Assembly (NCBI GenBank): GCA_026982895.1
Contig: JALWQW010000026.1
Location: 41,832 to 105,831, forward strand
DNA from: Candidatus Micrarchaeota archaeon
Lineage (GTDB): Archaea > Micrarchaeota > Micrarchaeia > Anstonellales > J096
DNA: 64,000 nt
Direction: 5' to 3'
How positions within the stretch are numbered: position 1 is the first letter of the stretch; the number at the start of each line of letters is the position of its first letter. The notes under the pieces were generated by a model. It made no database searches. It worked only from the letters and a program-made list of their open reading frames with translations, and was not told where the DNA came from. The position numbers and the translations under genes are program-made. This document shows, piece by piece, positions 46,038 through 55,213 of this stretch.

Positions 46038-46661
46038 ATGAAGAAGCAAGTAATCCCGACGAGAATGGAACTTTTGAAGATAAGAGGAAGGATAAAGCTA
46101 GCTTCAAAGGGCCACAGCCTTCTCAAGAGGAAGCGTGATGTTCTCATAATGGAGCTTTTTTCGATTCTTAAAAGGGCAGAGGATGTTAGAGGTGAACTGA
46201 ACAAAATGCTTCGCGAAACCTACCTTTATCTTTATTATGTCCTTGCCAACCATACAGAGGTGGAGGTGGAATCCTTCGCTGCTTCTACTCTTCTTGATTA
46301 TGAACTCAATATAGAGGGGAGAAATGTTATGGGCGTTAAGATTCCGCGCATATCTTTTAACATTAAGGCCATGAAGAAGCCGAAGCAATACAGCCCTCTC
46401 GTCGATTATGTGGCTGAACAGTATATGAAAATTCTCTCCTTTATAGTTAAGGTTGCAGAAGTTGAAACTACTGTGCGTCGATTGTTGAAGGAAATTGAGA
46501 CGACAAAACGCAGGGTTAATGCCCTTGAATATGTCGTGCTTCCTTCGTTGGAAGAGCAAAAGAAGAATATAACGCAAAAATTGGAGGAGCTTGAGAGGGA
46601 CGCATTTGTGAGTTTGAAGAGCATAAAGGCTAAACTCTCTGCAAAAGAAGAATCTATGTGA
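46038..46661 (+). CDS. atpD: A-type ATP synthase subunit D
   Basis: VIPTRMELLKIRGRIKLASKGHSLLKRKRDVLIMEL and a C-terminal RRVNALEYVVLP motif. Confidence 0.9.
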   Translation: MKKQVIPTRMELLKIRGRIKLASKGHSLLKRKRDVLIMELFSILKRAEDVRGELNKMLRETYLYLYYVLANHTEVEVESFAASTLLDYELNIEGRNVMGVKIPRISFNIKAMKKPKQYSPLVDYVAEQYMKILSFIVKVAEVETTVRRLLKEIETTKRRVNALEYVVLPSLEEQKKNITQKLEELERDAFVSLKSIKAKLSAKEESM

Positions 46662-46780
46662 ATCTCTCCAGAATCATCAAGCCAGCCCTTTAAGCCCCTA
46701 TGCCCTTTAAGCCCTTTAAATATTCTTCATTGAGCTATGTTATAGTGTATGTTTTTATATTTTCCTAATCATATACTTAT

Positions 46781-47875
46781 GTGAAAGCTTTGGTTAAGGG
46801 GAAGCGGCCCCGTATTCTTTTGATTGGGGAGAGCCATCATGATGCTATCCATAGAAAGGAAGCCAAATTAATACAGAAATTGACAAACCATTTTCCCAAA
46901 ATTTTCCTTCTTATAGAGGGATATCCCTTTGCCATCCCTTATGGTGAATTGAGCAGGCAGGCAATGGATTTTAGCAAACTTGTCTATGAGGCATATAATA
47001 AAGCAATAGAGGGGGTTGTTTTACCGAGAGATGCACATCGCTCCATGAAGAGTTTTTTTAATTTATACACTTCTATGTTTGCCACGAATATTTCGTACAT
47101 GAGGGAGGGCTACCTTTTAGATTTGAGTTCAGGACCTTATTCCATTTTAAGTGATAATTCTGCAGTTTATCCCTTTGGATTGGACATTCCATGGCCGATT
47201 CCAGTAACACCTGCAAACCCCTCATACATATTGAATGAGATGGATAATCATGCCCTTCCTGAAGAGGATTTATATATCAAATTGTTTCACAGTTATTTAG
47301 ATGTGAATAGGCGGGCGATTCAGTTTGTAGATGCCTCATTGAGAGATTGGGAGAGTTCACATTTCAAGGCTTTGATGCTTAGGTCTGCCTACAATCTCGA
47401 TGCTATGATAGACATCCTCAAAGTTGAGCTTGATAAAGAAAGCTTGTCTAATCTTGCTAAACTATCTGAGGGCGAAGTTTATGCTCTCACATCGAGTAGT
47501 GCAGGCGTCTTTGTCAGCGAGGATTTGCCTGCATATATCTCAAGATTTATAGGCACATATCGGTCTGTTTATTTTGCCCTTGCCATAAATGAAACCTCTC
47601 AATTTCTCAATGATAATGACTTATTGATAGCTATTATGGGCAGCGCTCATGTGCCTCTTGTTAAGTGGCTTACAAATCCAGACTTTGTTCTCTTTCAAGA
47701 ATGTAAATATAGTCTGTCACTCATTGTTGCAGATGGCAAAGACCTCATCGCTTTTCCTAAATTGAGAAATATGAAAGATGCTGATGCTTTTAGGGCTTCT
47801 ATTGAGCAGTACAATCATTTTATCAATGTCATAAAGAGCCTTGGGTATGATGGTGCTTTTATAGATGATTGTTAA
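46781..47875 (+). CDS. Hypothetical protein (possible ChaN/Tiki-superfamily GExH motif)
   Basis: GTG at 46781 lies about 26 nt from the TATA tttttatat. The N-terminal ILLIGESHHD is only a weak family hint. Confidence 0.4.
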   Translation: MKALVKGKRPRILLIGESHHDAIHRKEAKLIQKLTNHFPKIFLLIEGYPFAIPYGELSRQAMDFSKLVYEAYNKAIEGVVLPRDAHRSMKSFFNLYTSMFATNISYMREGYLLDLSSGPYSILSDNSAVYPFGLDIPWPIPVTPANPSYILNEMDNHALPEEDLYIKLFHSYLDVNRRAIQFVDASLRDWESSHFKALMLRSAYNLDAMIDILKVELDKESLSNLAKLSEGEVYALTSSSAGVFVSEDLPAYISRFIGTYRSVYFALAINETSQFLNDNDLLIAIMGSAHVPLVKWLTNPDFVLFQECKYSLSLIVADGKDLIAFPKLRNMKDADAFRASIEQYNHFINVIKSLGYDGAFIDDC

Positions 47876-49737
47876 TCAATTCCTCTCTTTCTTGCCTTTT
47901 TCTTCTTATAGATGTATTTATTTCGCCGTTTTGAGAAGATAAAGAATCTATGTTCTGCTTCTTTTCCTATATACTTCCCGGCTCTTAATATATATGGAGC
48001 TATTAATATAGCCATTATTAACAATTGCCCATAAAACAGTGTTCGCAGGGCGCCCATAAAGTTCTCAAAAGAGAGCGTATATGCTGATAATGAAGCTTCA
48101 TAGCTTTGCACAGCGACTTTGGATTCGTTATCTTCTTGTGGGTAAGACTCATCGAATGAATTTGTTGTTAGATTAATGTTATTCTCGTTATCTCTCAATA
48201 GGCCATAAATTCTTTGGGTTTGTTCGCCAATAGATTCTAGGCCTGTGGAGATGTTTTTCAATCTTTCTTTTGTTTCTTCATTTCGTTCTCTGCTTTCATT
48301 GCTTAATTCATTTATTTTGCTCCTTAACCTTTCTATTTCTTCCTGCTGGCTTTCAACGACACTCTTTAACTCATCAATTTCCTCTTTTAAATTCGAAATA
48401 TCTTCGCTCGTGTATCCTGCTTTTTCCCATACACTGTCAGCTATTTCATCATAATCTATATTTACTCTGTGGTCTACAACAGTTACATTCATTTCAGGGA
48501 ATACTGTAATTGTCCTCGATATTGATTGGGATGCTCCTTCACTATTTGTAGCTGTGACTTTGATGGTGTGTGTTCCTGGCTCAGTATCCCAAGAATAGGA
48601 ATAGGTTCCATTGCCACCTTCTGATGAGTGTATAAGCTCTTCATCGCCATAGAATCTTACTGTTGCGTTTGTGCTCGTATTTATCGTGGCGAAGATATCA
48701 ATAGGTGAAACATAAAACGCGTCATTCTTTGGCGTTTCCATGTTTAAAGTTAAACTCGTAGTTTCATTGCCAAAGCTTACAGCCACTTTTCCTAATTTTC
48801 TTATGGCTATCCAGTCTATTTTATCCTTAATGTTGTTGTCGTCGCTATCTCCAGCTATTCCTATATATGTGTAAGAGTGGCTGTTTCCGCTTGCTGATAT
48901 AGGACTGCTCAACCATGAACTGTTGATATATATCGTGCCGTTGAAGGAAACGCTTATTCGTTGGTAGTTTGATGGAAAAGGGTAATTCCATGAGTTGAGT
49001 GTGTTGTTTATATTTACGGCAATGCCGTTTGTATTTGTGCTTGTCGAAGTAACGAATTCAGCATAATTGCCAAAGAGAATGGCAGGGCCGGTTTTTCCAC
49101 AGGAATTATATGGAGTGTATGGCTCTTGTTTAAATCTTAATTCCACAGCCACAGGTTCTGTGAAGTTTGTTTTCGTTTTTATGCTATTATACATACAGTG
49201 AGCGTCACAGCACCCACCCCAGTCACCATAGAGGTTCAAAGTGCCGTTTGTTATATCATATGAAGCTGCCGAGGAATCATCCCATTTTGAGCTGTTCAAC
49301 GCATCGTCGCTGAAATCATCAAAGAACAAGAAGACATCTTCGCCAGAAGAATTTGAATGTAGAGAGGTATCTCCGTAGTACATGTAGAGCTGTCTTGTGC
49401 TGTTTCCCTCTACACTTAATCTTATCCATACAAGGGCTTCACTTTCATTATAGGTTTCTATCCAATAGGGGATTGGCGCTTCTGCAGTGTTATTCAGTAC
49501 TGTAAAGCGAAGGTCACCAAAATCCCCTTTCATACCTTCTTCTTTTTCTACATGTAGAAGTATTTGGCCATCTGTTAGGTTTATGCTGTTTAGGTTCGTT
49601 ACATTGATGATTTTCCTATATGGTTCTGATGAGTAGTACCATCCCATAGATATGCTAATTAGAAAAAAGCATATTCCAAGCATCAATATTAATTGGTGTT
49701 GGGGCTGGCCGTTTGCTTCCATGCTTTTCATTGGCAA
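47872..49737 (-). CDS. Doubly anchored surface protein: DUF2341-like and LamG/ConA-like domains, Ig-like domain and coiled coil
   Basis: N-terminal TM helix, DLRFT...IPYWIETYN...ALVWIRL...LYMYYG (DUF2341-like), an Ig-like segment (GTHTIKVTATNSEGAS), heptad repeats, a C-terminal TM helix and a basic tail (KKKKARKRG). Confidence 0.55.
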   Translation of the reverse strand: MPMKSMEANGQPQHQLILMLGICFFLISISMGWYYSSEPYRKIINVTNLNSINLTDGQILLHVEKEEGMKGDFGDLRFTVLNNTAEAPIPYWIETYNESEALVWIRLSVEGNSTRQLYMYYGDTSLHSNSSGEDVFLFFDDFSDDALNSSKWDDSSAASYDITNGTLNLYGDWGGCCDAHCMYNSIKTKTNFTEPVAVELRFKQEPYTPYNSCGKTGPAILFGNYAEFVTSTSTNTNGIAVNINNTLNSWNYPFPSNYQRISVSFNGTIYINSSWLSSPISASGNSHSYTYIGIAGDSDDNNIKDKIDWIAIRKLGKVAVSFGNETTSLTLNMETPKNDAFYVSPIDIFATINTSTNATVRFYGDEELIHSSEGGNGTYSYSWDTEPGTHTIKVTATNSEGASQSISRTITVFPEMNVTVVDHRVNIDYDEIADSVWEKAGYTSEDISNLKEEIDELKSVVESQQEEIERLRSKINELSNESRERNEETKERLKNISTGLESIGEQTQRIYGLLRDNENNINLTTNSFDESYPQEDNESKVAVQSYEASLSAYTLSFENFMGALRTLFYGQLLIMAILIAPYILRAGKYIGKEAEHRFFIFSKRRNKYIYKKKKARKRGID

Positions 49738-49850
49738 TACCTCCTATTTAAACCTTTCGTTTGGCTCTATTATTTCATCTGCATTTCACTGTGCAGTATG
49801 CGTTGGCTTTTTAATTTTTACCATCCCTTAAAGAGGTGCGTGTTATGTGC

Positions 49851-49924
49851 GCCGTGGTAGCTCAGCCTGGTAGAGCACTCGGCTGAAGACCGGGGTGTCG
49901 GCGGTTCAAATCCGCCCCACGGCA
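49851..49924 (+). tRNA. tRNA-Phe (anticodon GAA)
   Basis: GCCGTGGTAGCTCAGCCTGGTAGAGCACTCGGCTGAAGACCGGGGTGTCGGCGGTTCAAATCCGCCCCACGGCA. Anticodon arm is CTCGG-CTGAAGA-CCGGG. Confidence 0.9.
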
Positions 49925-50113
49925 TTCTCCGATAGGTTTAAAAGCTCCTTTTGCCAAGATTAAGCATGCGAAATCGCATAAGGGTTAGGGTTAGGGATTA
50001 TATCCTTGCGGTTGTGAAGATATCAGCCAAAGAAAGGATAAAGTATTACCATCGCCGCTAATCCTGACTAGCACCTATAAACATTTTTAAGGATATTGTT
50101 TCATCATGTGCCT

Positions 50114-50860
50114 ATGATAAAGAAGGCTCTATTCATGGTGTATGCTCCTATAGTTCTGTTTATACTTTTCGTGGCCAGTCTTGTATTGGTTTTTACAGGT
50201 AATTATGCCACATTAAAGGCCGAAGCTAAGAGCATGGTATTTAATGTAGCTAATCTCTCTATACATGAGAAGTTCGATGTGAGCCAAATCAATATGGAGC
50301 AAATACAAGAAGTATGTGAATCAAATGTCACGCCTCCGGAAGAGCTTTCATTTGTAGAGAATGTTTGTCCTGGTGTTTTGGCTGGTAATTATACAACTGT
50401 CGATGAGGTTTTGAATGCCTCCGTTAATTATGGTGTTGAACAGTATATAAAGCCGGTAAATGACTCTGTTACAAAGCTTATTCAGGTTGCTCCACCATTA
50501 TATATATTCGTTGGCTTATTGTATATCCTATATTTAGCCCTTCTCTTCTTTGCTAGAAAAGAGGGTTACTTATTTTATATCGTCGTTGCGGTTGTTTATC
50601 TGCTGATACTGAGCTTTTTAGTCAACACTATTTTAGAGGGCTTTACTCGTAGCTTAACAACACAGATATCCTCTCAATTGCCGCCAGATTTTAAAGCGCC
50701 CCTTCTTCAAATAATTAGTGATTTTAAGAAAAACATACTCCCCAAAGTTACAGGCGACGCCTTCAACCTTACTGCAGCGCTTTTCTTAGCTCCGCCTTTT
50801 ATAGGAGGGGCCATCAATTTCACCCTCAGCTTCTTCAAGGGAAAGAAGAAAAAGAAGTGA
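50114..50860 (+). CDS. Hypothetical polytopic membrane protein
   Basis: ATG at 50114 lies about 26 nt from atttttaagg. The track start at 50096 is TTG. Four or more TM helices and a C-terminal KGKKKKK. Confidence 0.5.
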   Translation: MIKKALFMVYAPIVLFILFVASLVLVFTGNYATLKAEAKSMVFNVANLSIHEKFDVSQINMEQIQEVCESNVTPPEELSFVENVCPGVLAGNYTTVDEVLNASVNYGVEQYIKPVNDSVTKLIQVAPPLYIFVGLLYILYLALLFFARKEGYLFYIVVAVVYLLILSFLVNTILEGFTRSLTTQISSQLPPDFKAPLLQIISDFKKNILPKVTGDAFNLTAALFLAPPFIGGAINFTLSFFKGKKKKK

Positions 50861-50892
50861 TTTTTTAATCTTTTCCCTCTCTTTATAGAGCA

Positions 50893-50965
50893 GGGCCCGT
50901 AGTCGAGTGGCTAAGACGTCCGCCTCACACGCGGAAGATCCCAGGTTCGAGTCCTGGCGGGCCCA
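50893..50965 (+). tRNA. tRNA-Val (anticodon CAC)
   Basis: GGGCCCGTAGTCGAGTGGCTAAGACGTCCGCCTCACACGCGGAAGATCCCAGGTTCGAGTCCTGGCGGGCCCA. Anticodon arm is TCCGC-CTCACAC-GCGGA. Confidence 0.9.
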
Positions 50966-51039
50966 TTGCTCTCATTCTTGTCGGCAGTTCATCGTTTGAA
51001 GACTGCTCGGCTCTATTCATTTTATCTTAAGCTATCTTG

Positions 51040-52014
51040 CTAAGACGGCAGTTTAAGGGGCTCATTGCATATTTCATTCTCAGAGAGGTAAGGAGTCAAA
51101 AAGAGTTTATAATACCCTAAATAAGGCACCTTGAATACAATTTTACCTTTAACATCTTTTTTATTTGGAGGTATATTGTAATATTGGCCGTCTGTGAATT
51201 CTATGTCAAAAATATTGTTATTATCTCCCTTCGTCAAATAAAAGCTTTCGTTGCCCACATTTATTTTAACAATGGCTCTGTGGACAATGTCCCCCAATCT
51301 ACCGAAGAGATAATTCTTTCCTAGACTGTAAACTATTACATCTCCTTCATTTTTCAGGCTGTAATTTTTGCCTTTAATGCTTAAGGATGTTATACAAGGC
51401 ACATTGTATTCTATTTTTCCCTCCCTCACACATGTGCCGAAATTGAATTTGAAGGGGCCTTTTGCTTCTGAAAATTTATTTGGCTCTCTTCTGAAAGCGC
51501 TGCAAACATCGTTTATTGGTCCTTTGCTGCATATTGTATATAATGAATCGTTTCCGCGCGCAAAGGCTTTGCCATTGTAATAATATACAAATTCCCTTTT
51601 GAATAAGCTGCTTAATTCCTGCTCTGGTAAGTTTATGTTTATCTGACTATTAATAGTGCTGGCACCTTCTACAAGTATTAAATCGCCTCTCATAAGGTTT
51701 GGCACCATGGAACAGCTCACGACGGCGCTTATAGGGTTTTCTGTATGAAGAGCCAATCTAAGGCCTAGAAATATAATTAATACAACTGCGAGAGCCTTTA
51801 TCCATTCCTTAGCCTCTTCTTTGAAGCCCTTCTCCTTTGAGCCGCCGTAGAAATCATATCCTACAGATATTAATATATATAATCCAACAAATAACCCGAC
51901 ATATGATTTTAGGTTAAGGGGTACAAGAAGATATAAAATTAAGCCCAATACGAGAATGATTATTTGAATCTTTTCGTTCCTAAAAAATAGGTCGAGAAAT
52001 TCACTGGGGAGCAT
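51040..52014 (-). CDS. Signal peptidase I (archaeal/Sec11-type S26) with a large internal insertion
   Basis: Box B SCSMVPNLMRGD (catalytic Ser), GDVIVY, GDIVHRAI (His) and TKGDNN. About 100 extra residues with 6 Cys lie between box B and GDVIVY. Confidence 0.7.
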   Translation of the reverse strand: MLPSEFLDLFFRNEKIQIIILVLGLILYLLVPLNLKSYVGLFVGLYILISVGYDFYGGSKEKGFKEEAKEWIKALAVVLIIFLGLRLALHTENPISAVVSCSMVPNLMRGDLILVEGASTINSQININLPEQELSSLFKREFVYYYNGKAFARGNDSLYTICSKGPINDVCSAFRREPNKFSEAKGPFKFNFGTCVREGKIEYNVPCITSLSIKGKNYSLKNEGDVIVYSLGKNYLFGRLGDIVHRAIVKINVGNESFYLTKGDNNNIFDIEFTDGQYYNIPPNKKDVKGKIVFKVPYLGYYKLFLTPYLSENEICNEPLKLPS

Positions 52015-52015
52015 G

Positions 52016-52273
52016 TTAAATCTCTTTCTCTATTTTCTTGATGTCCTTTGCCACATCATCGATGGCTTTCTCAAGGAGCTTCATAGGCTCTTTTTTAGCC
52101 TTTACGAATAGCTTTGGCTTTCCCACGAGAGGATGCTCCCATTTGGAAGCGGCAAATTCAACCTCTTTATAAGTATTCAATCTCTCTGCTAGCAATTCAG
52201 TGAGCGTCGGATCAAGCTCATCTAATTCTACCTCAAGCTCGGTTTTTGACATACGAAGGATGGAAAATCGCAT
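52016..52273 (-). CDS. rpoL: DNA-directed RNA polymerase subunit L (Rpo11)
   Basis: LEVELDELDPTLTELLAERLNTYKEVEFAASKWEHPL aligns with the Rpo11 pattern (E-x-H/P-T-L-x-N/E-L-L...V-x-F-A-x-Y...HPL). ATG at 52273 lies 26 nt from the TATA; the track start at 52291 is TTG inside the promoter. Confidence 0.65.
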   Translation of the reverse strand: MRFSILRMSKTELEVELDELDPTLTELLAERLNTYKEVEFAASKWEHPLVGKPKLFVKAKKEPMKLLEKAIDDVAKDIKKIEKEI

Positions 52274-52293
52274 AGCAGGCTTATATGGCAAAA

Positions 52294-52303
52294 CTATTTA
52301 AAA
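52294..52303. promoter_or_regulatory. Single near-palindromic TATA element shared by divergent leaderless genes rpoL (-) and 52325 (+)
   Basis: tatttaaaac (reverse complement gttttaaata) is centred about 26 nt from ATG 52273 on the minus strand and about 26 nt from GTG 52325 on the plus strand. The start codons are only 52 nt apart. Confidence 0.45.
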
Positions 52304-52324
52304 CATATCATTTCAATAAGGCTT

Positions 52325-53545
52325 GTGAAAACACTTATCATTGTTGTAGATATCGATGACGATCTTGGCAGGAAGGCTCATATCCGTGGCCCTCTTATAG
52401 GGGAGAAAGCAGTTGTTGAAGCGGCCACGAAGCTAGCCCTTTCTGATCCTGAAGATGCCGACGCCAATGCTCTATTCAAAGCTGCCAAAATATACAGGGA
52501 CAGTAAAAAGAAGGGTAAGAAAGTGGAGATTGTTGCACTAACAGGCGACAAGAGTCTTGGGCTGGCAGCAACGAAGCGCGTTGCATCGCAATTAGATACA
52601 GTTCTTAAAGAAATTGACGCAAACTCTGCCTTTCTCGTTAGCGATGGTGTGAGTGATGAAGTCGTTCTTCCGCTTATAGAGAGCAGGCTTCGCCTAGACG
52701 GTGTGGATATTGTTTATGTTAAACAGGCTAAAGAACTGGAGAAGACATATTTTCTCTTAGTGGAAAAATTAAAGGACCCGACATTTGCCAAATATATTTT
52801 TGGCATTCCAGCAGTCCTTATACTTTTATTGTCTGCTATGTATCTCTTCTCTATTCCGTGGCAATATCTTGGATTTATATTGGGCACATGGTTGCTGATA
52901 AAAGGCTTTGGCATAGAAGAGAAGATGTTTGAATTTTTCTCCTTTAAGGAGGAAGACCCTGGCCATCTTCGCATTGTATCGACGACCATTTTCCTAACAT
53001 TCCTATTCATAGCGTTCTTAGCCTCTTATTTCGAATACAAGGAGCGTATAAGCGTCGTTGAGCCTCTTAAAGCATATATCTATTCGATAGATGTATTTGC
53101 TAATTTTATGGGCTTATTCTTATTCGTTGTGCTGATTCTGCGCCTTTTCAATAATTATATGAAGGGCAATATCTATAGAACCTTCAATACTATGAATTAT
53201 TTGATAACCCTCATAGCCATTTTAATAGTAGTCAAGGTTGCCTTCAAGTGGATACTCAACGATAGCGCGCCCTATTTTACTTTTGAGGAGACTTTGTATA
53301 TAAGCATAGGCACATTCATAGGAAGTTATATCTCCTACAATTATCTCCGTGGCTTAAAGAAGGCGGTTGTTACTAATACAGATCTCCATGGTTATGAGGT
53401 ATATAATATTCATGGTGATTATGTTGGCTTAATATCTAAGAAGGATGAGCGCTTTTTCACCGTTAAAAACCAACTTGGCAAGAAGGAGGAGATACCTCTT
53501 GATAAAATTATAGATATAGACGACAATCGTGTGACAATTATATAA
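52325..53545 (+). CDS. Archaeal membrane protein (DUF373-like): soluble N-terminal domain, polytopic region and C-terminal beta-rich domain
   Basis: The N-terminus MKTLIIVVDIDDDLGRKA... resembles DUF373. Five or more TM helices. Confidence 0.5.
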   Translation: MKTLIIVVDIDDDLGRKAHIRGPLIGEKAVVEAATKLALSDPEDADANALFKAAKIYRDSKKKGKKVEIVALTGDKSLGLAATKRVASQLDTVLKEIDANSAFLVSDGVSDEVVLPLIESRLRLDGVDIVYVKQAKELEKTYFLLVEKLKDPTFAKYIFGIPAVLILLLSAMYLFSIPWQYLGFILGTWLLIKGFGIEEKMFEFFSFKEEDPGHLRIVSTTIFLTFLFIAFLASYFEYKERISVVEPLKAYIYSIDVFANFMGLFLFVVLILRLFNNYMKGNIYRTFNTMNYLITLIAILIVVKVAFKWILNDSAPYFTFEETLYISIGTFIGSYISYNYLRGLKKAVVTNTDLHGYEVYNIHGDYVGLISKKDERFFTVKNQLGKKEEIPLDKIIDIDDNRVTII

Positions 53546-53546
53546 A

Positions 53547-53632
53547 TGCAGGGGGTGGGATTTGAACCCACGAACCCACTAAGGGACAGGGTCCTAAGCC
53601 CTGCGCCGTTGACCAGGCTTGGCAACCCCTGC
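53547..53632 (-). tRNA. tRNA-Leu (anticodon UAG), long variable arm
   Basis: Reverse complement is GCAGGGGTTGCCAAGCCTGGTCAACGGCGCAGGGCTTAGGACCCTGTCCCTTAGTGGGTTCGTGGGTTCAAATCCCACCCCCTGCA. Anticodon arm is CAGGG-CTTAGGA-CCCTG. The 3' half is identical to that of tRNA-Leu(GAG). Confidence 0.9.
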
Positions 53633-53678
53633 TCTTTTGTTGAATTATAATAAAAAGAAAATAAAAAATTATTAAAAA

Positions 53679-53864
53679 TTAGAGGCTGATTTCTCCTTCG
53701 CTGCTTTCGTTGCCTTCCTCGGCAAACTCCTTTATCTTATCGAAAGCTTCGACGATGAGTTTGGCTTTGTTCTTTCCAAACTTGAAAGGATATTTGTCCA
53801 TCTCATCGCGTTTTAACACTATCAACTTGTTGCCTTTATATTCATCATACTCAACAACTACCAT
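53679..53864 (-). CDS. Small acidic-tailed protein (possible PC4/YdbC-like ssDNA-binding fold)
   Basis: 61 aa. YKGNKLIVLKRDEMDKYPFKFGKNKAKLIV is only a weak resemblance. Confidence 0.35.
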   Translation of the reverse strand: MVVVEYDEYKGNKLIVLKRDEMDKYPFKFGKNKAKLIVEAFDKIKEFAEEGNESSEGEISL

Positions 53865-53930
53865 CTAAACACCCACTCTCTTATTATCCTTTATATTTAA
53901 AAAGACAATGGCTCATAAAAATGTCAATTT

Positions 53931-54518
53931 ATGGGTGATAATATGCTCAAACGCACATTCTCCTCGAAAAAGGTTAAAAATTTCGTCAGAAAAGCTTTCA
54001 TTTCCAGCTTCATACCTCTTACTATTATCTCTTGCTCTCCTAAAAAGCAGGCGCAATCTCCACCAAATAATGTGGTTACTAAGATGTCTGCCAAGAAGGC
54101 GCAACCCGACAAATATATAAAAGTCAACGACGCTTACTTAAGAGAGAGTTTTGTGAAGAAGGCTGTGGAGAAAGCCGCTGAATTCTATTCCAAAAAACCG
54201 CAGAAAAGAATTTTCACGCTCTTCAATAAAGAGGTTCTTGTTTATCATTTTGTTAGGCCTCTTCATTATCTACATGTTGAATTGATGATGAACGCTAATC
54301 CACCTTTACATCCTGATCAGGAGTTTGATGCCTTTGTGAGGGTTTTGCCTTTTGTGTATACAGCTTATACTGCTTATAAATACAATCTTCTTCCGCTCAT
54401 TGAGCAGAAAAATCCCGCCACGCTCAACAATTTAAAGGTCGTTAGACAATGGGCAGAAAAGACGGGAATGTGGTCTGTCATAGAGCGTTATTATGTCCCG
54501 CCTAAAAAGGTGTGGTAA
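53931..54518 (+). CDS. Hypothetical protein
   Basis: ORF only. The start is uncertain (ATG 53931 or 53943). Confidence 0.4.
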   Translation: MGDNMLKRTFSSKKVKNFVRKAFISSFIPLTIISCSPKKQAQSPPNNVVTKMSAKKAQPDKYIKVNDAYLRESFVKKAVEKAAEFYSKKPQKRIFTLFNKEVLVYHFVRPLHYLHVELMMNANPPLHPDQEFDAFVRVLPFVYTAYTAYKYNLLPLIEQKNPATLNNLKVVRQWAEKTGMWSVIERYYVPPKKVW

Positions 54519-54561
54519 TGCGCTTGGATAGGCCTTTAAGCTTTTTTCCTCTTAATCTGCT

Positions 54562-55212
54562 GTGGATTATGAGCTCATAAAAGAACGGCGCAAAACATTA
54601 TCAATACATGTGTCTGCTGAAGGTGTGATTGTAAAGGCCCCCATCTATGCTACGAGTAGTGAGATAAATCAGTTTGTTAAAATGAAGGAAGGATGGATAC
54701 TCAAGAAACTTGATGAGTTAAGGGAGAGAAAGGAAAGGACATCTCACCTCATAAACAATGAGCTTTTCTTTTATCTTGGCGAAAATTACAAGCTCATTCC
54801 TCGTAATCAGCCAATGGCTGTATTTTTTGATGATGCTTTTTATGTTAAAGAAGATTTATGGCCTCTTCGTAAAGATTTGGTTAAGAGGTGGTTGTTTAGA
54901 AGGGCTCAAGAGTATCTTCCCAAAAGAACATATGAATGGGCAGAGAAGTGTTCATTATACCCAAAGAAAGTTAAGATTAGCAAGGCAGTATCTCGTTGGG
55001 GTTCTTGCTCTACGAAGAAAAGCATAAATTTGTCGTGGCGTCTTATAATGGCACCGCCTTCCTCAGTAGATGCTGTAATTGTCCATGAATTAGCCCATCT
55101 TCGCCATCTAAATCATTCGCGCCATTTTTACAGTTTGGTGGAGAGCTGTTTGCCGAGTTATAAAAAAGATGAAAAATGGTTAGACGAGTTCGGCGTTTGG
55201 ATAAAGTTCTAG
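54562..55212 (+). CDS. YgjP-like (DUF45/M48-related) zinc metallopeptidase
   Basis: RWGSCS and the HELAHLRHLNHSRHF motif (HExxH...H). Confidence 0.7.
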   Translation: MDYELIKERRKTLSIHVSAEGVIVKAPIYATSSEINQFVKMKEGWILKKLDELRERKERTSHLINNELFFYLGENYKLIPRNQPMAVFFDDAFYVKEDLWPLRKDLVKRWLFRRAQEYLPKRTYEWAEKCSLYPKKVKISKAVSRWGSCSTKKSINLSWRLIMAPPSSVDAVIVHELAHLRHLNHSRHFYSLVESCLPSYKKDEKWLDEFGVWIKF

Positions 55213-55213
55213 A

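Noticed and set aside
49982-49997. Telomere-like gggttagggttaggg (potential G-quadruplex)
   Set aside because: Only three G-runs and two units are present, in a circular-type prokaryotic context. This is most likely chance.
50014-50067. C/D-box-like pair (gtgaaga ... ctga, about 50 nt apart) downstream of tRNA-Phe
   Set aside because: The C box is imperfect, there are no internal C'/D' boxes, and the flanks are not complementary. This is insufficient evidence.
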